NCBI GenBank assembly: GCA_963822965.1
Contig: CAWGJT010000008.1
Location: forward strand, 1 to 64,000
Length of the DNA: 64,000 bases
From: an uncultured delta proteobacterium
GTDB taxonomy: Bacteria > Myxococcota_A > UBA9160 > UBA4427
Reading direction: 5' to 3'
Shown: positions 1 to 8,771 of the stretch, piece after piece
Layout of the letters: each line of letters starts with the position of its first letter
Position numbering within the stretch: position 1 is the first letter of the stretch
The notes under the pieces: generated by a model
The model's input: the letters and a program-made list of their open reading frames with translations, nothing else
What the model was told of the DNA's origin: nothing
The model's database searches: none
Made by a program: the position numbers and the translations under genes

Positions 1-21
1 GAGCGGCGAGAGTTCAACGAA

Positions 22-267
22 GTGACCAGAAGACGCGACCAAGCGAAGAACTTCTCTGTAGCGCTCGCGATCGTATGCGGCGTCAGCTTGGCTGTCCGTC
101 TGTACGTGGATGGCGAATCCCTTCTAAGCGTTGCGTGGCGGTCGCTAGTCACCACGCTTGTCATTTTCTATGTGACTTGGTTTGTCCTCCACAGGTGGCG
201 ATTGTTCGTTCGGAGCGTTCGGGATGTCCCGATTCCCCGGGAATCACGTGACGACTCCGAGCCCTGA
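22..267 (+). CDS. Small two-TM membrane protein (cassette cargo)
   Basis: 81-aa ORF with two hydrophobic segments, followed by an attC. Confidence 0.6.
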   Translation: MTRRRDQAKNFSVALAIVCGVSLAVRLYVDGESLLSVAWRSLVTTLVIFYVTWFVLHRWRLFVRSVRDVPIPRESRDDSEP

Positions 268-317
268 ATGGCGCTTGGTTCCCCGTACGGATATTCGGCA
301 TCGGCCACCGGCACGCC

Positions 318-448
318 GCCCAACAAGCCGCTGCAGCGGACGTGCTCCCGCTGAGCCGGTATGGGAGAGTGGTAGAATTGCGGAGTCCGAGGCGTTGGCG
401 GTCGCTGTGCCAGGTCGGCGCACGCCGCTGAACGCCGATCCGTTATGC
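318..448 (+). repeat. attC site 1 (intact)
   Basis: GCCCAAC 318-324, AAGCCGCTGCAGCGG ... CCGCTGAACGCCGATCC, GTTATGC 442-448. Confidence 0.92.
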
Positions 449-467
449 CGCACGCGGGAGTCCTCGA

Positions 468-1220
468 TTGAGCGACACTGACCAAGGCAAGCTCGCTCCC
501 TGGATTCGCGGCGTCGTCGAAAGCATGTCCGGCGCTCTCCTTCTGCACGAGTCCGGGTTTCCGCAGCGAAACCGTCTGGCAGTCTTTCTTCTTGATTCAG
601 CGCTCGAGACGTCCATGCGAGCGTACCTTCGATACAAGAGGAAGATCCGCCTCACGGAGCATCACAAGCATCGCGAGAACCTTGTCAAGACGGTGCAGTC
701 GAAGCTGTCCGACGTCGATGATGTGGTGTGGGACACCCTCGACTACTACTACCAGGAGGTCCGGTGCGAGCTCTACCACGAATCTGCGGGAAAGACGATC
801 ACGGACGAGTCCTTCTACGACTACAAGGAATCCGTGGAGTTCGTCATCGACCGAATGTTCGATATTCGATCGGAGCCACTGGTTCGTGCCCAGTGCACGC
901 AGGCATCAGTAGCCGCACCAACACCAGATCAGACAACCGAAGACTTTGCTGTGCAGCTTCAAGATCTCGACGATCCAGTCGACAAGGTGATCGTCGCAGT
1001 CGCCGCCCTCACCCCAAGGAAATTCGACGAGGTCAACGAGTTTTTCCGGAAGGCCGGCGACACGGCCCGCTTGGACGCGGCCACGTTCACCAACATCCTT
1101 GCTCGCAACAGCGGCTCAAAGAAGTACTTCTACCACAACAAGGAACTCAAGGTCTGGCAGCTCTCAGGATTGGGAGACTATCGCCTGCGCGAACTGCGAC
1201 TGGGGTCTGACGATGAGTAG
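468..1220 (+). CDS. HEPN-like domain protein with C-terminal winged-helix-like region
   Basis: Helical N-terminus (RLAVFLLDSALE) with Rx4H motif RCELYH; C-terminus ends with wHTH-like WQLSGLG. Confidence 0.6.
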   Translation: MSDTDQGKLAPWIRGVVESMSGALLLHESGFPQRNRLAVFLLDSALETSMRAYLRYKRKIRLTEHHKHRENLVKTVQSKLSDVDDVVWDTLDYYYQEVRCELYHESAGKTITDESFYDYKESVEFVIDRMFDIRSEPLVRAQCTQASVAAPTPDQTTEDFAVQLQDLDDPVDKVIVAVAALTPRKFDEVNEFFRKAGDTARLDAATFTNILARNSGSKKYFYHNKELKVWQLSGLGDYRLRELRLGSDDE

Positions 1221-1791
1221 CCAATATACGATCAAGGAAGTTCGAGTATCTCTCGCGTCGGGTGCGGAGATCATCGCTGAGGTCTCCTCCGTGAAGGGAG
1301 TAGCGGCACTTCTCGCGGATCTCTCAAAGGAGAAGCTAGAAGCCGCACGCCGGGATGCCGTGAAGGAAACGCCCGCTGAAAAAACTTCCGATGAGACCAA
1401 AGGCCAAGCCGATTCGCCCGAAAGCCGAATCGAAACTAAGGCCGATCTCAAAGCCGGCTCGCTCGCCAAGAAGAAGGTTGTCGCGTTTAAAGATGACGTG
1501 CCGCAGCTGCTACGCCCGAATGCATTCGGCGCGACAACAGACGCAGCGCTTGCCCTCATATTCGCGTTCGAAACGGGCCTGCAGCGCAGCAGTATCGAGT
1601 ACGAAGCGTTCAAAGGGTTGTTCGAAAGTCAGAACATCAAGTCTGGTTCACCTCTGCGCGTGATTCTCTCGAACCTGAGGCAAGCCGGCTATCTCAACAA
1701 GACGAAGTACAACGCCGACAAGAGCATATCGCTCACCGCGAAAGGCGAGACCAAGGCAGTTGAGATCCTCTCAGAGCAGTGTGCGGCATAG
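1213..1791 (+). CDS. Hypothetical protein with C-terminal winged helix
   Basis: ATG 1213 overlaps the upstream stop; C-terminal LSNLRQAGYL...ISLTAKGE is a wHTH-like pattern. Confidence 0.65.
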   Translation: MSSQYTIKEVRVSLASGAEIIAEVSSVKGVAALLADLSKEKLEAARRDAVKETPAEKTSDETKGQADSPESRIETKADLKAGSLAKKKVVAFKDDVPQLLRPNAFGATTDAALALIFAFETGLQRSSIEYEAFKGLFESQNIKSGSPLRVILSNLRQAGYLNKTKYNADKSISLTAKGETKAVEILSEQCAA

Positions 1792-1871
1792 GTAGGCGAA
1801 TCACCCCGCGGTGCAAGACTGTGGCACGCTGCTCAATGCCGACTTGATGTGCAGTACATGGAGACGGAAGC

Positions 1872-2651
1872 ATGTCCGGCGAGTGGCCTGAGCACCTGTT
1901 CGATCTCATTATGACGCCGAAGCTACCAGAGGTTCTCGACGACCTCGCGAACCTGGCCGAGCCCGAGCCGGGCGACTGGGAGTATCAGCACACAGAATCC
2001 GATCGCGCGAAGCCGGTACTCCACAACTACATCAGATACACATACAAGAGGCTGGCCGAAGAATCGAAAATCGCAGTCTCTGACGAAGGTCAGGCAATTA
2101 CCTTCAACACCGGCTTGGTTACTCCGGCACAGGAGCCGATCTTCTGCTTTGGTGTCCCGAACAAGCTCCCGAACATCGCTGCTCCCTGGCATTTCAGAGC
2201 TTGGCGCCGCCGAGGAGAGCATGATCTTACTCGCTTCTCCAAACTTCCGGAGATGGCGAACTACTACTCAGATCCGGCTTCGTTGGTCTACGACACTGCG
2301 AAGGAACTTCGCACGAATGTCGAACACATTATTGGCGAGAATCAAGACCGATTTCCGGAGCCGTATCGATCGCTGGATACTCACGCGCTACAAACATTTC
2401 TCAAGGGTGCGATCGACAACGCCAAAGAGAGGGTTCGGCGGAACTACAAGACGGCGATCCCCCAGTACTATCAAGGGCACATTCAGTTGCTTCTTCCGCT
2501 CTGTATCAGCAATCCAGCAAAGGCCGATCTGGCGATCGTCGTCGTCGACCACGGTGATTTCTACCGCGCATCGACATGCTTGACTCTCGATATGGCCTAC
2601 AACAACGCCAGGCAACTTGCGCGGCCTGATCGGGATTGGCTGAATCCATAG
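1872..2651 (+). CDS. DUF3825 domain protein
   Basis: Motifs LHNYIRYTYKRL, FNTGL, NYKTAIPQYY, QLLLPL, TCLTLDMAYNNARQLARP..DWL. Confidence 0.85.
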   Translation: MSGEWPEHLFDLIMTPKLPEVLDDLANLAEPEPGDWEYQHTESDRAKPVLHNYIRYTYKRLAEESKIAVSDEGQAITFNTGLVTPAQEPIFCFGVPNKLPNIAAPWHFRAWRRRGEHDLTRFSKLPEMANYYSDPASLVYDTAKELRTNVEHIIGENQDRFPEPYRSLDTHALQTFLKGAIDNAKERVRRNYKTAIPQYYQGHIQLLLPLCISNPAKADLAIVVVDHGDFYRASTCLTLDMAYNNARQLARPDRDWLNP

Positions 2652-2659
2652 CCAGTGCG

Positions 2660-2789
2660 GCATAACAAGCCGTTGCAGCGGACGTGGCAACGCTGTGCCG
2701 GTCTCGCTGGTGGTAGACTGGCAGAGTCCGAGGCTTCGGCCGGCGTAGTGCAGAGTTGTGCCACGCCGCTGAACGCCGATCCGTTGGGC
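2660..2789 (+). repeat. attC site 2 (intact)
   Basis: GCATAAC 2660-2666 ... GCCGCTGAACGCCGATCC GTTGGGC 2783-2789. Confidence 0.92.
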
Positions 2790-2825
2790 GGCGCTGCGAA
2801 GCATCAAAGCCGCGCGAGTGGAGCG

Positions 2826-3242
2826 ATGATTCCCGAACCGGGCGAGTACCTGAGCTTCCTCATGGGTGCGGACTCTATCGCTGACTCTGAGCTTGCGAAT
2901 CTCGGCGCGGAGATCATCAAGGGCGCGGGCACGCCGTTCCGTGGACTCCGTATCCCCCAGAGCAGCCTGTCAGCGTACAAGGCGCTCGTTCGCGCAAAGC
3001 TCACCCCGGGGTTCTGGAATGACATCCTCGATCGTCGAGAGATCCTCTTCATCTTCAAGCTGAAGGACGGCACGATCAGGGAACTGACGTTTTCGGAAGC
3101 CACCCGAACCCAAATCGCGCAGCTCTGCAGTTCGCTCAACAATGACCCCGTCGAAAAGGCCTCCGACCTGCCCCGGTATCTCGCGGGAAACCCCTTCTAT
3201 CGCGACCTGGTCGAGGCGTTCCATAGCCCTAGCCACCACTGA
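2826..3242 (+). CDS. Hypothetical protein (cassette cargo)
   Basis: ATG after GGAG at 2826; single ORF between attC2 and attC3. Confidence 0.7.
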   Translation: MIPEPGEYLSFLMGADSIADSELANLGAEIIKGAGTPFRGLRIPQSSLSAYKALVRAKLTPGFWNDILDRREILFIFKLKDGTIRELTFSEATRTQIAQLCSSLNNDPVEKASDLPRYLAGNPFYRDLVEAFHSPSHH

Positions 3243-3299
3243 GTTCTCGGCCGAACGACCGAGCGCACCGCCCAACACCTATCAGGCCCCCGGTTGTCA

Positions 3300-3772
3300 A
3301 GCGGCAATGAGGTCCCTTGACGCCTGCCGGGTGGAGCGGCGTTGCAGGTAGGCGCGTCGCACCTCCTCGTCTCCGACTTTGGTTTCTCGCTTCTGGCTCC
3401 AGGCCTCGGGCCTGCACCAAACACCTATCGGGGGTCGTCGCCGGCGCCTTGTGGCTACGCCGCGCCCCAGAAACTCGTCGGTTCCCTCACGCGTCCAATC
3501 AAGTTCTGCCGGGCTCTTGTTGGCCAGTTGCCTCCGGGCTCGCGCGAGGGGCAGAGCACGTGGAGGAGCGCTCGTCGGCGCCCCACGAATGGGTGGAGGG
3601 GAGGAGGGTCTCCAATCAAGGCGAACGGGATGCCGGGCTGGGTCCACGAGGCCGTGCGTGCTTGGCGCACAGATCTCGAGATCTCTTGCAGGCCTCTTCG
3701 TCGGGCTCTGCCCTCGGCTCTCGAAGAGCCAGGCTCCAGTTGGACGGCGGGCTGGCCCTCCTCCGCTCCGTG
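3300..3772 (-). ncRNA. Putative bridge/seek RNA region of IS copy A (boundaries unknown)
   Basis: Non-coding and conserved with copy B. Contains CACCTATC (3422-3429, identical to the IS end 3276-3283) and CAAGGCG (3617-3623, attC-like). Confidence 0.7.
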
Positions 3773-4822
3773 TCAGTGGCTTCGCATCAGGAACCGCTCC
3801 ATCTCGAAGACACGCTCCTTCTGCAGCAGGAAGTAGACGGCCCGCGCCAGCTTGGCGGCCAGGATGGAGAGGGCCTTGGCCTTGCCATGGCGGCCGGCGA
3901 GCCGCCGCAGATGGCGCTGTCCGTTGGGGTTGTTGCGCAGGAAGAAGACGGCGGCCTCGGAGAAGGCCCACTTGAGGTGCACGTTGCCGATCTTGGCACC
4001 CCCGCTGCCGAGCCGCTTGCCGGCGGAGCTGTGCTCGCACTTCACCAGCCGGGCGTAGGAGAGGAAGTCCTGGACACGGGGGAAGCGGCGGATGTCGTGG
4101 ATCTCGTAGAGGATCGTGAGGGCCAGGATCTTGCCGATGCCGGGCACCGAGCGCAGGCGATGGAAGGCCTGGGGGTCGTGCTGCTTGGCGCGGCGGACCA
4201 GGTGGAGCTCGAGCTCGCGGATGACCTCGTCGTAGTGCTCGATCAACGCGAAGTCGACCTCCAGGCTCTTGCGGGCATCGGCTTCCTCGAAGGCCAGGGC
4301 CACGCCCTTCCGGTTGGCCGCGTAGGCGATCTTGGCCGGGGGCTCGGGCAGGTTGTACTGGTGGTGGGTGTTCTGGATGTGAGCCAGCAGGTTGGCGCGC
4401 CGGCGCACGAGATGGAGCCGCCGTCGCAGTAGATCTCGCGTGGCGCGCATCTCGGGAGGATAGACATAGGCCTGGGGGAGGTTCCCGCCCCGCAGCAGTG
4501 CTGCGATCTTGAACGCATCGACCTTGTCGTTCTTGGCCTTGGCGCCGTGGATGGCCTTCATGTAGAGGGCGTGTCCGAGGACGAAGGCGATGCCCTGGCT
4601 TCGGCACAGGTCCGCGAGCCAGTACCCCGTGAACATGCACTCGACGGCGACGACGAGGTCCTCGCGGTAGGGTGCGACGGCGGCCAGGAACTCCTCCGGC
4701 CGGCTCTTCACGTTCCGGTGCAGGAGGACCTGGCCCTCCCGGTCGAGGATGCAGAGGTACATCGTCTTGGCGTGCAGATCGATCCCGCAGTAGTGCTGGT
4801 GCGTCGTGGTGTAGAATCGCAT
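3773..4822 (-). CDS. IS110-family DEDD transposase/recombinase
   Basis: GIDLH, VECMF, KNDKVD (DEDD), SVPGIG, HSSAG catalytic Ser loop; RBS AGGAGAG before ATG 4822. Confidence 0.95.
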   Translation of the reverse strand: MRFYTTTHQHYCGIDLHAKTMYLCILDREGQVLLHRNVKSRPEEFLAAVAPYREDLVVAVECMFTGYWLADLCRSQGIAFVLGHALYMKAIHGAKAKNDKVDAFKIAALLRGGNLPQAYVYPPEMRATRDLLRRRLHLVRRRANLLAHIQNTHHQYNLPEPPAKIAYAANRKGVALAFEEADARKSLEVDFALIEHYDEVIRELELHLVRRAKQHDPQAFHRLRSVPGIGKILALTILYEIHDIRRFPRVQDFLSYARLVKCEHSSAGKRLGSGGAKIGNVHLKWAFSEAAVFFLRNNPNGQRHLRRLAGRHGKAKALSILAAKLARAVYFLLQKERVFEMERFLMRSH

Positions 4823-5117
4823 GGCTCTCTCCTTGAACGGTTGGTGGTGGTGCTCCAACCAGCCTACTCCGTGTGGAGTAGGTTCGAGGAGGGGGCCTGA
4901 ATGAGGATCAAGGTGTTGCAGCGGACGTGGCCTACAGCTGCGCCGCTGGCTGTCGTGGTAGGATCGCGAGAGCTCGAGGCGTCCAGTGGCCCCGCGGCAG
5001 AGCGTCGCACGCCGCTGAACGCCGATCCGTTAGAGCCTATGAGCGATGGGCTCCGGAACGCAGAAGGCCGCTGCCGTTAACCTCCTTTGTGAACTTCAAA
5101 CACACTGGAGGGACACC

Positions 5118-6293
5118 TTGTCCAAGAAAACGGCAGCGACCTCGACGGTCGAGATTACCGCAGCGACCCCGACTCTGATGCTGGCCCTCGAGCTGGGCGA
5201 AGAGAAGTGGAAGGTCGGGTTCAGCTCGGCGTTCGGGCAGACCCCGCTCGTGCGGAACCTCGCATCGCGAGACCGGCAGGGTCTCCGGGTACAGATCGCG
5301 TGGGCGCGCAAGAAGCTCGGCTTGCCCGCCGACGCTCGGATCGTGAGCTGCTACGAGGCCGGGCGCGACGGCTTCTGGCTGCACCGCTGGCTCGAGTCGG
5401 AAGGCGTCGAGAGCCTGGTGATCGACTCGGCCAGCATCGAGAGGCCGCAGAAGCGGCGACGCGCGAAGACGGACCGGCTGGATCTGGCGGCGCTGTGTGA
5501 TCTGTTGGCGCGGCACCTGGCCGGGAGCGCGAAGCCGGTCTTCAGCGTGGTGCGGGTTCCCTCGGTGGCGGAGGAGGACCGACGACACCTGCACCGCGAG
5601 CTCCGAAGCGCCAAGGCAGATCGGACCCGCGTGAGCAACCGGATCAAGAGCCTGCTCGCGAACCACGGGCTCGTGCTCCGAGGCTGGAAGGATCTGTCGG
5701 AGCGGCTCTCGGGCCTGCGGCTGTGGGACGGGAGCGAGCTCCCGCCCGCGTTGGCGGCCCGGTTGCAGCGCTACGCCACCGACTACGCGTACTTCACGAC
5801 CCGGATCCGAGCGCTCGAGGCGGAGCGCCGGCATCAGCTGCAGGAGAAGGAGCCCGAGGATCTCGCCGTGGCCAAGGCGCAGCAGCTGTTCACGTTGCGG
5901 GGGGTGGGGGTGAACACGGCGTGGTTGTACAGCATGGAGTTCTTCGGCTGGCGGACCTTCCGGAGCGGCAAGGAGGTGGGATCGCTGGCCGGTCTCACTC
6001 CGACGCCGCAGGACAGCGGCAAGCGGTTCCGGGAGCAGGGGATCGGGAAGGATGGGAGTCGTCACATCCGGGGCAGTGCCATCGAGCTGGCGTGGTCGTG
6101 GCTGCGGTTCCAGCCAGAGAGCGCGCTGTCGAAGTGGTACGAGCGCCGCTTCGGGTCCGGCAGCCCGCGGATCCGGAAGATCGGGATCGTGGCGCTGGCG
6201 CGGAAGCTCCTGGTGGCGCTGTGGCGGTTCGTGGAGACGGGGGTGTTGCCGGAGGGGGCGGAGCTGAAGACGGATCTGCGGGTGCGGTGGTAG
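5118..6293 (+). CDS. IS110-family transposase (different clade from copies A/B)
   Basis: LALELG, SCYEAGRDGFWL, AKTDRLD, GLTPTPQDSG, VALARKL; likely TTG start after GGAGG. Confidence 0.93.
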   Translation: MSKKTAATSTVEITAATPTLMLALELGEEKWKVGFSSAFGQTPLVRNLASRDRQGLRVQIAWARKKLGLPADARIVSCYEAGRDGFWLHRWLESEGVESLVIDSASIERPQKRRRAKTDRLDLAALCDLLARHLAGSAKPVFSVVRVPSVAEEDRRHLHRELRSAKADRTRVSNRIKSLLANHGLVLRGWKDLSERLSGLRLWDGSELPPALAARLQRYATDYAYFTTRIRALEAERRHQLQEKEPEDLAVAKAQQLFTLRGVGVNTAWLYSMEFFGWRTFRSGKEVGSLAGLTPTPQDSGKRFREQGIGKDGSRHIRGSAIELAWSWLRFQPESALSKWYERRFGSGSPRIRKIGIVALARKLLVALWRFVETGVLPEGAELKTDLRVRW

Positions 6294-6645
6294 ATCGGCT
6301 CGTTCTCTGGGGCCGTGCCTGAGGCCCGCGGCCTGACGGCCGCGGGGCGGAAGAGGCTTTCGAGGGGAAGAGGGGAGATCGAATCCGAGCTGGGAGCGGG
6401 TGGCTCGTTACGCCGCCGGGTGTCGAGCAATCGGCGCCGCCCGTTAGATGGGGCTGCCCGCGCCGAGGCTTCACAGTTCGCGCTCGCGCGCACACGGGCT
6501 CTTGTGCTCGAGGCGGGGTCCTCGGCACGGATAGAAGGTGGTTCGGCGTGGTCCGGACGTCGCCCGGAAGCCGCCAGGTCGTCGGATGAGAGGCTACCCC
6601 GGGGAGTGTGGGCCATGTAGAATCGAACAGCGTCGGCCGCGGGGG
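6294..6645 (+). ncRNA. Putative bridge/seek RNA of IS C
   Basis: CGCCGCC 6411-6417 + hairpin + CCGTTAG 6441-6447 match the two target flanks; ATAGAAG 6531-6537 and AGGCT 6591-6595 match the donor junction. Confidence 0.72.
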
Positions 6646-6679
6646 TTGACGGAATGGCCAACATAGAGGGCGGCGCAGA

Positions 6680-7183
6680 ATGAACGAGATCCCTGCGTGG
6701 GTGAAGACGGGACTGGGAGTCGTCTTCCTGAGCGCCTTTACCTTCGGCGCCTTTGCAAGTGATGCTCCACTCGTTGACTCGCATCCTGCATGACGATTGC
6801 GGCCTGCTCGGCTGTGCTGCTGGTTGTCAGGCGCATCTCAACAGGCCTCATCAGACAGCTGCGCATCGGAGTATGGTCGCTTGCCGGCTCCGCATTTTGC
6901 TTGCTGATACCAAGCACCCTTCATTTCGGGGGCGGGGCCCTCAATGGACTCGTCGACGGGAACCATTGCTACCTCAATAATCGAGGAATCGAGACCTCCG
7001 CCGCGTGCGAGGTCTACTACACGATCGCCACACTAGAGAGTCTACTGACGCTCACGATCGTTCAGCTACCTTTCGGAAGCCGCCGTATGCTCGCTTCATC
7101 CTGCGGTCTTCTCGTCTGCCCGATGCCACCTCCGAAGACCAACACGCCGAAGGCATTCCGAGGAATGCCGTCACGCGGGATAG
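6680..7183 (+). pseudogene. Frameshifted membrane-protein gene (cassette cargo)
   Basis: ATG 6680 opens a short hydrophobic frame (MNEIPAWVKTGLGVVFL); hydrophobic coding continues in another frame from 6790. Confidence 0.45.
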
Positions 7184-7225
7184 TGCGCTGCGCCGCCCAA
7201 CACCTATCAGGCCCCCGGTCGTCAA

Positions 7226-7724
7226 GGGATAAAGTGATCCCGTGACGCCTGCGGTTGAAGCGGCGTTGCTCTCGAGCGCGTCGTTCCTCCTCGGTTCCGA
7301 CTTTGGTTTCCATCGACTGGTTCCAGGCGTTGCGCCTGCACCAAACACCTATCGGGGATCGTGATCGGCGCGTTGTTGCCGCGCCGTGTCCCAGAAACAC
7401 ATCGGTTCCCTCGCTCGTCCAATCAAACTCTGTCTGGCTCTGTTCGTCCAGTTGGCTCCGGGCTCGAGAGAGGGGCAGAACGCGTTGGAGGAACGCCCTT
7501 CGGCGCTCCACGAATGTTCGGAGGGGAGGCGGGTCTCCAATCAAGGCGATCGGATGCCGGGCGTGGTGCCGATGAGGTCCTCGCGTGCTCGGTGGCCGGT
7601 GGCCGGGGGGCCACGGTCACAGATCTCCGGATCTCTTGCAGACCTCTTGCTCGGGCTCGACCCTCGTTCCCAGCTGGGAACGGGCTCCAGTTAGACGGCG
7701 GGATCACCCGCCTCCGCTCCTCTT
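7226..7724 (-). ncRNA. Putative bridge/seek RNA region of IS copy B
   Basis: Conserved modules CCAAACACCTATC 7341-7353, CCAATCAAACTC 7419-7430, CCAATCAAGGCG 7537-7548. Confidence 0.7.
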
Positions 7725-8771
7725 TCAGCTGTGTGCCAGGAAGCGCTCCATCTCGAATGCGCGTTCGCGCTTCAGCATGAAGTAGACGGCACGACCAAGC
7801 TTCGCCGCGAGGATCGACAGCGCCTTGGCCTTGCCGTGCCGGCCGGCGAGCCTGCGCAGATGGGCCTGGCCCGCCGGGTTGTTGCGCAGGAAGAAGACGG
7901 CGGCCTCGGAGAAAGCCCACTTGAGGTGTACGTTGCCGATCTTCGCACCGCCGGTGCCGAGCTTCTTGCCCGCCGAGCTGTGATCGCACTTCACGAGCCG
8001 CGCGTACGAGAGGAAGTTCTGCACGCGCGGGAAGCGCTCGACGTCGTGGATCTCGTAGAGGATCGTGAGCGCCAGGATCTTGCCGATCCCAGGCACCGAG
8101 CGGAGCCGGTGGAAGGCCTGGGCGTCGTGCTGCTTGGCGCGTCGCACGAGATGGAGCTCGAGCTCGCGGATGACCTCGTCGTAGTGTTCGATGAGCGCGA
8201 AGTCGACCTCCAGGCTCTTGCGGGCATCGGCCTCCTCGAAGGCCTCGGCGACGCCTGCCCGGTTCGCCTTGTAGGCGACCTTGGCGGACGGCTCGGGCAG
8301 GTTGTACTGGTGGTGGGTGTTCTGGATGTGGGCCAGCAGGTTCGCTCGTCGCCTCACGAGGTGAAGACGCCTGCGCAGCAGATCCCGGGTCCCGCGCATC
8401 TCGGGCGGGTAGACGTAGGCCTGCGGCAGGTTCCCGCCCCGCAGCAGGGCGGCGATCTTGAAGGCATCGACCTTGTCGTTCTTGGCCTTGCCGCCGTGGA
8501 CGGCCTTCATGTACAGGGCGTGGCCGAGCACGAACTCGATCCCCTCCTGGCGGCAGAGATCCGCGAGCCAGTACCAGGTGAACATGCACTCGACCGCGAC
8601 GACGAGACCCTCGCGATAGGGGGCAACGGCTTCGAGGAAGGCCTCGGGGCGGCTCTTCATGTTCTGGTGGAGCAGGATCTCGCCTGCCCCGTCGAGGATG
8701 CAGAGGTACATGGTCTTGGCGTGCAGATCGATCCCGCAGTAGTGCTCGTGCGTCTTGGTATAGAATCTCAT
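7725..8771 (-). CDS. IS110-family DEDD transposase/recombinase
   Basis: Same motifs as 3773..4822, highly similar but not identical. Confidence 0.95.
   Translation of the reverse strand: MRFYTKTHEHYCGIDLHAKTMYLCILDGAGEILLHQNMKSRPEAFLEAVAPYREGLVVAVECMFTWYWLADLCRQEGIEFVLGHALYMKAVHGGKAKNDKVDAFKIAALLRGGNLPQAYVYPPEMRGTRDLLRRRLHLVRRRANLLAHIQNTHHQYNLPEPSAKVAYKANRAGVAEAFEEADARKSLEVDFALIEHYDEVIRELELHLVRRAKQHDAQAFHRLRSVPGIGKILALTILYEIHDVERFPRVQNFLSYARLVKCDHSSAGKKLGTGGAKIGNVHLKWAFSEAAVFFLRNNPAGQAHLRRLAGRHGKAKALSILAAKLGRAVYFMLKRERAFEMERFLAHS

Larger units (their letters stand above)
3276..4910 (-). mobile_element. IS110-family (IS1111-type) element, copy A, inserted in attC
   Basis: CA core at both junctions (3276-3277, 4909-4910); sub-terminal IR TCAGGCCCCC 3282-3291 / GGGGGCCTGA 4891-4900; long NCR downstream of the transposase. 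Confidence 0.92.
3270..5031 (+). repeat. attC site 3, split by IS copy A after R'' and by IS C right after the GTT of R'
   Basis: Removing 3278-4910 restores GCCCAACAAGGTGTTGCAGCGG; the right half is GCCGCTGAACGCCGATCCGTT 5011-5031. Confidence 0.88.
5032..6667 (+). mobile_element. IS110-family (IS1111-type) element C inserted at the attC recombination point GTT^
   Basis: Flanks rejoin to GATCCGTT^GGGCGGCGCAG, which complements the next R'' CTGCGCCGCCCAAC (7188-7201); CTATG/CATAG sub-terminal IR; TTGACG 6646-6651 near the right end. Confidence 0.88.

Noticed and set aside
3197..3975. Small ORFs in the IS non-coding regions (also 6315..6620, 7255..7780, 10242..10661)
   Set aside because: Reading frames are not preserved between copies A and B while nucleotide motifs are, which fits structured RNA rather than protein.
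5031..6668. TAGAG (5031-5035 / 6664-6668) as a target-site duplication of IS C
   Set aside because: The IS110 family does not make TSDs. Collapsing on TAGAG would not restore complementarity with the cassette's R'' end, whereas a clean insertion after GTT does.
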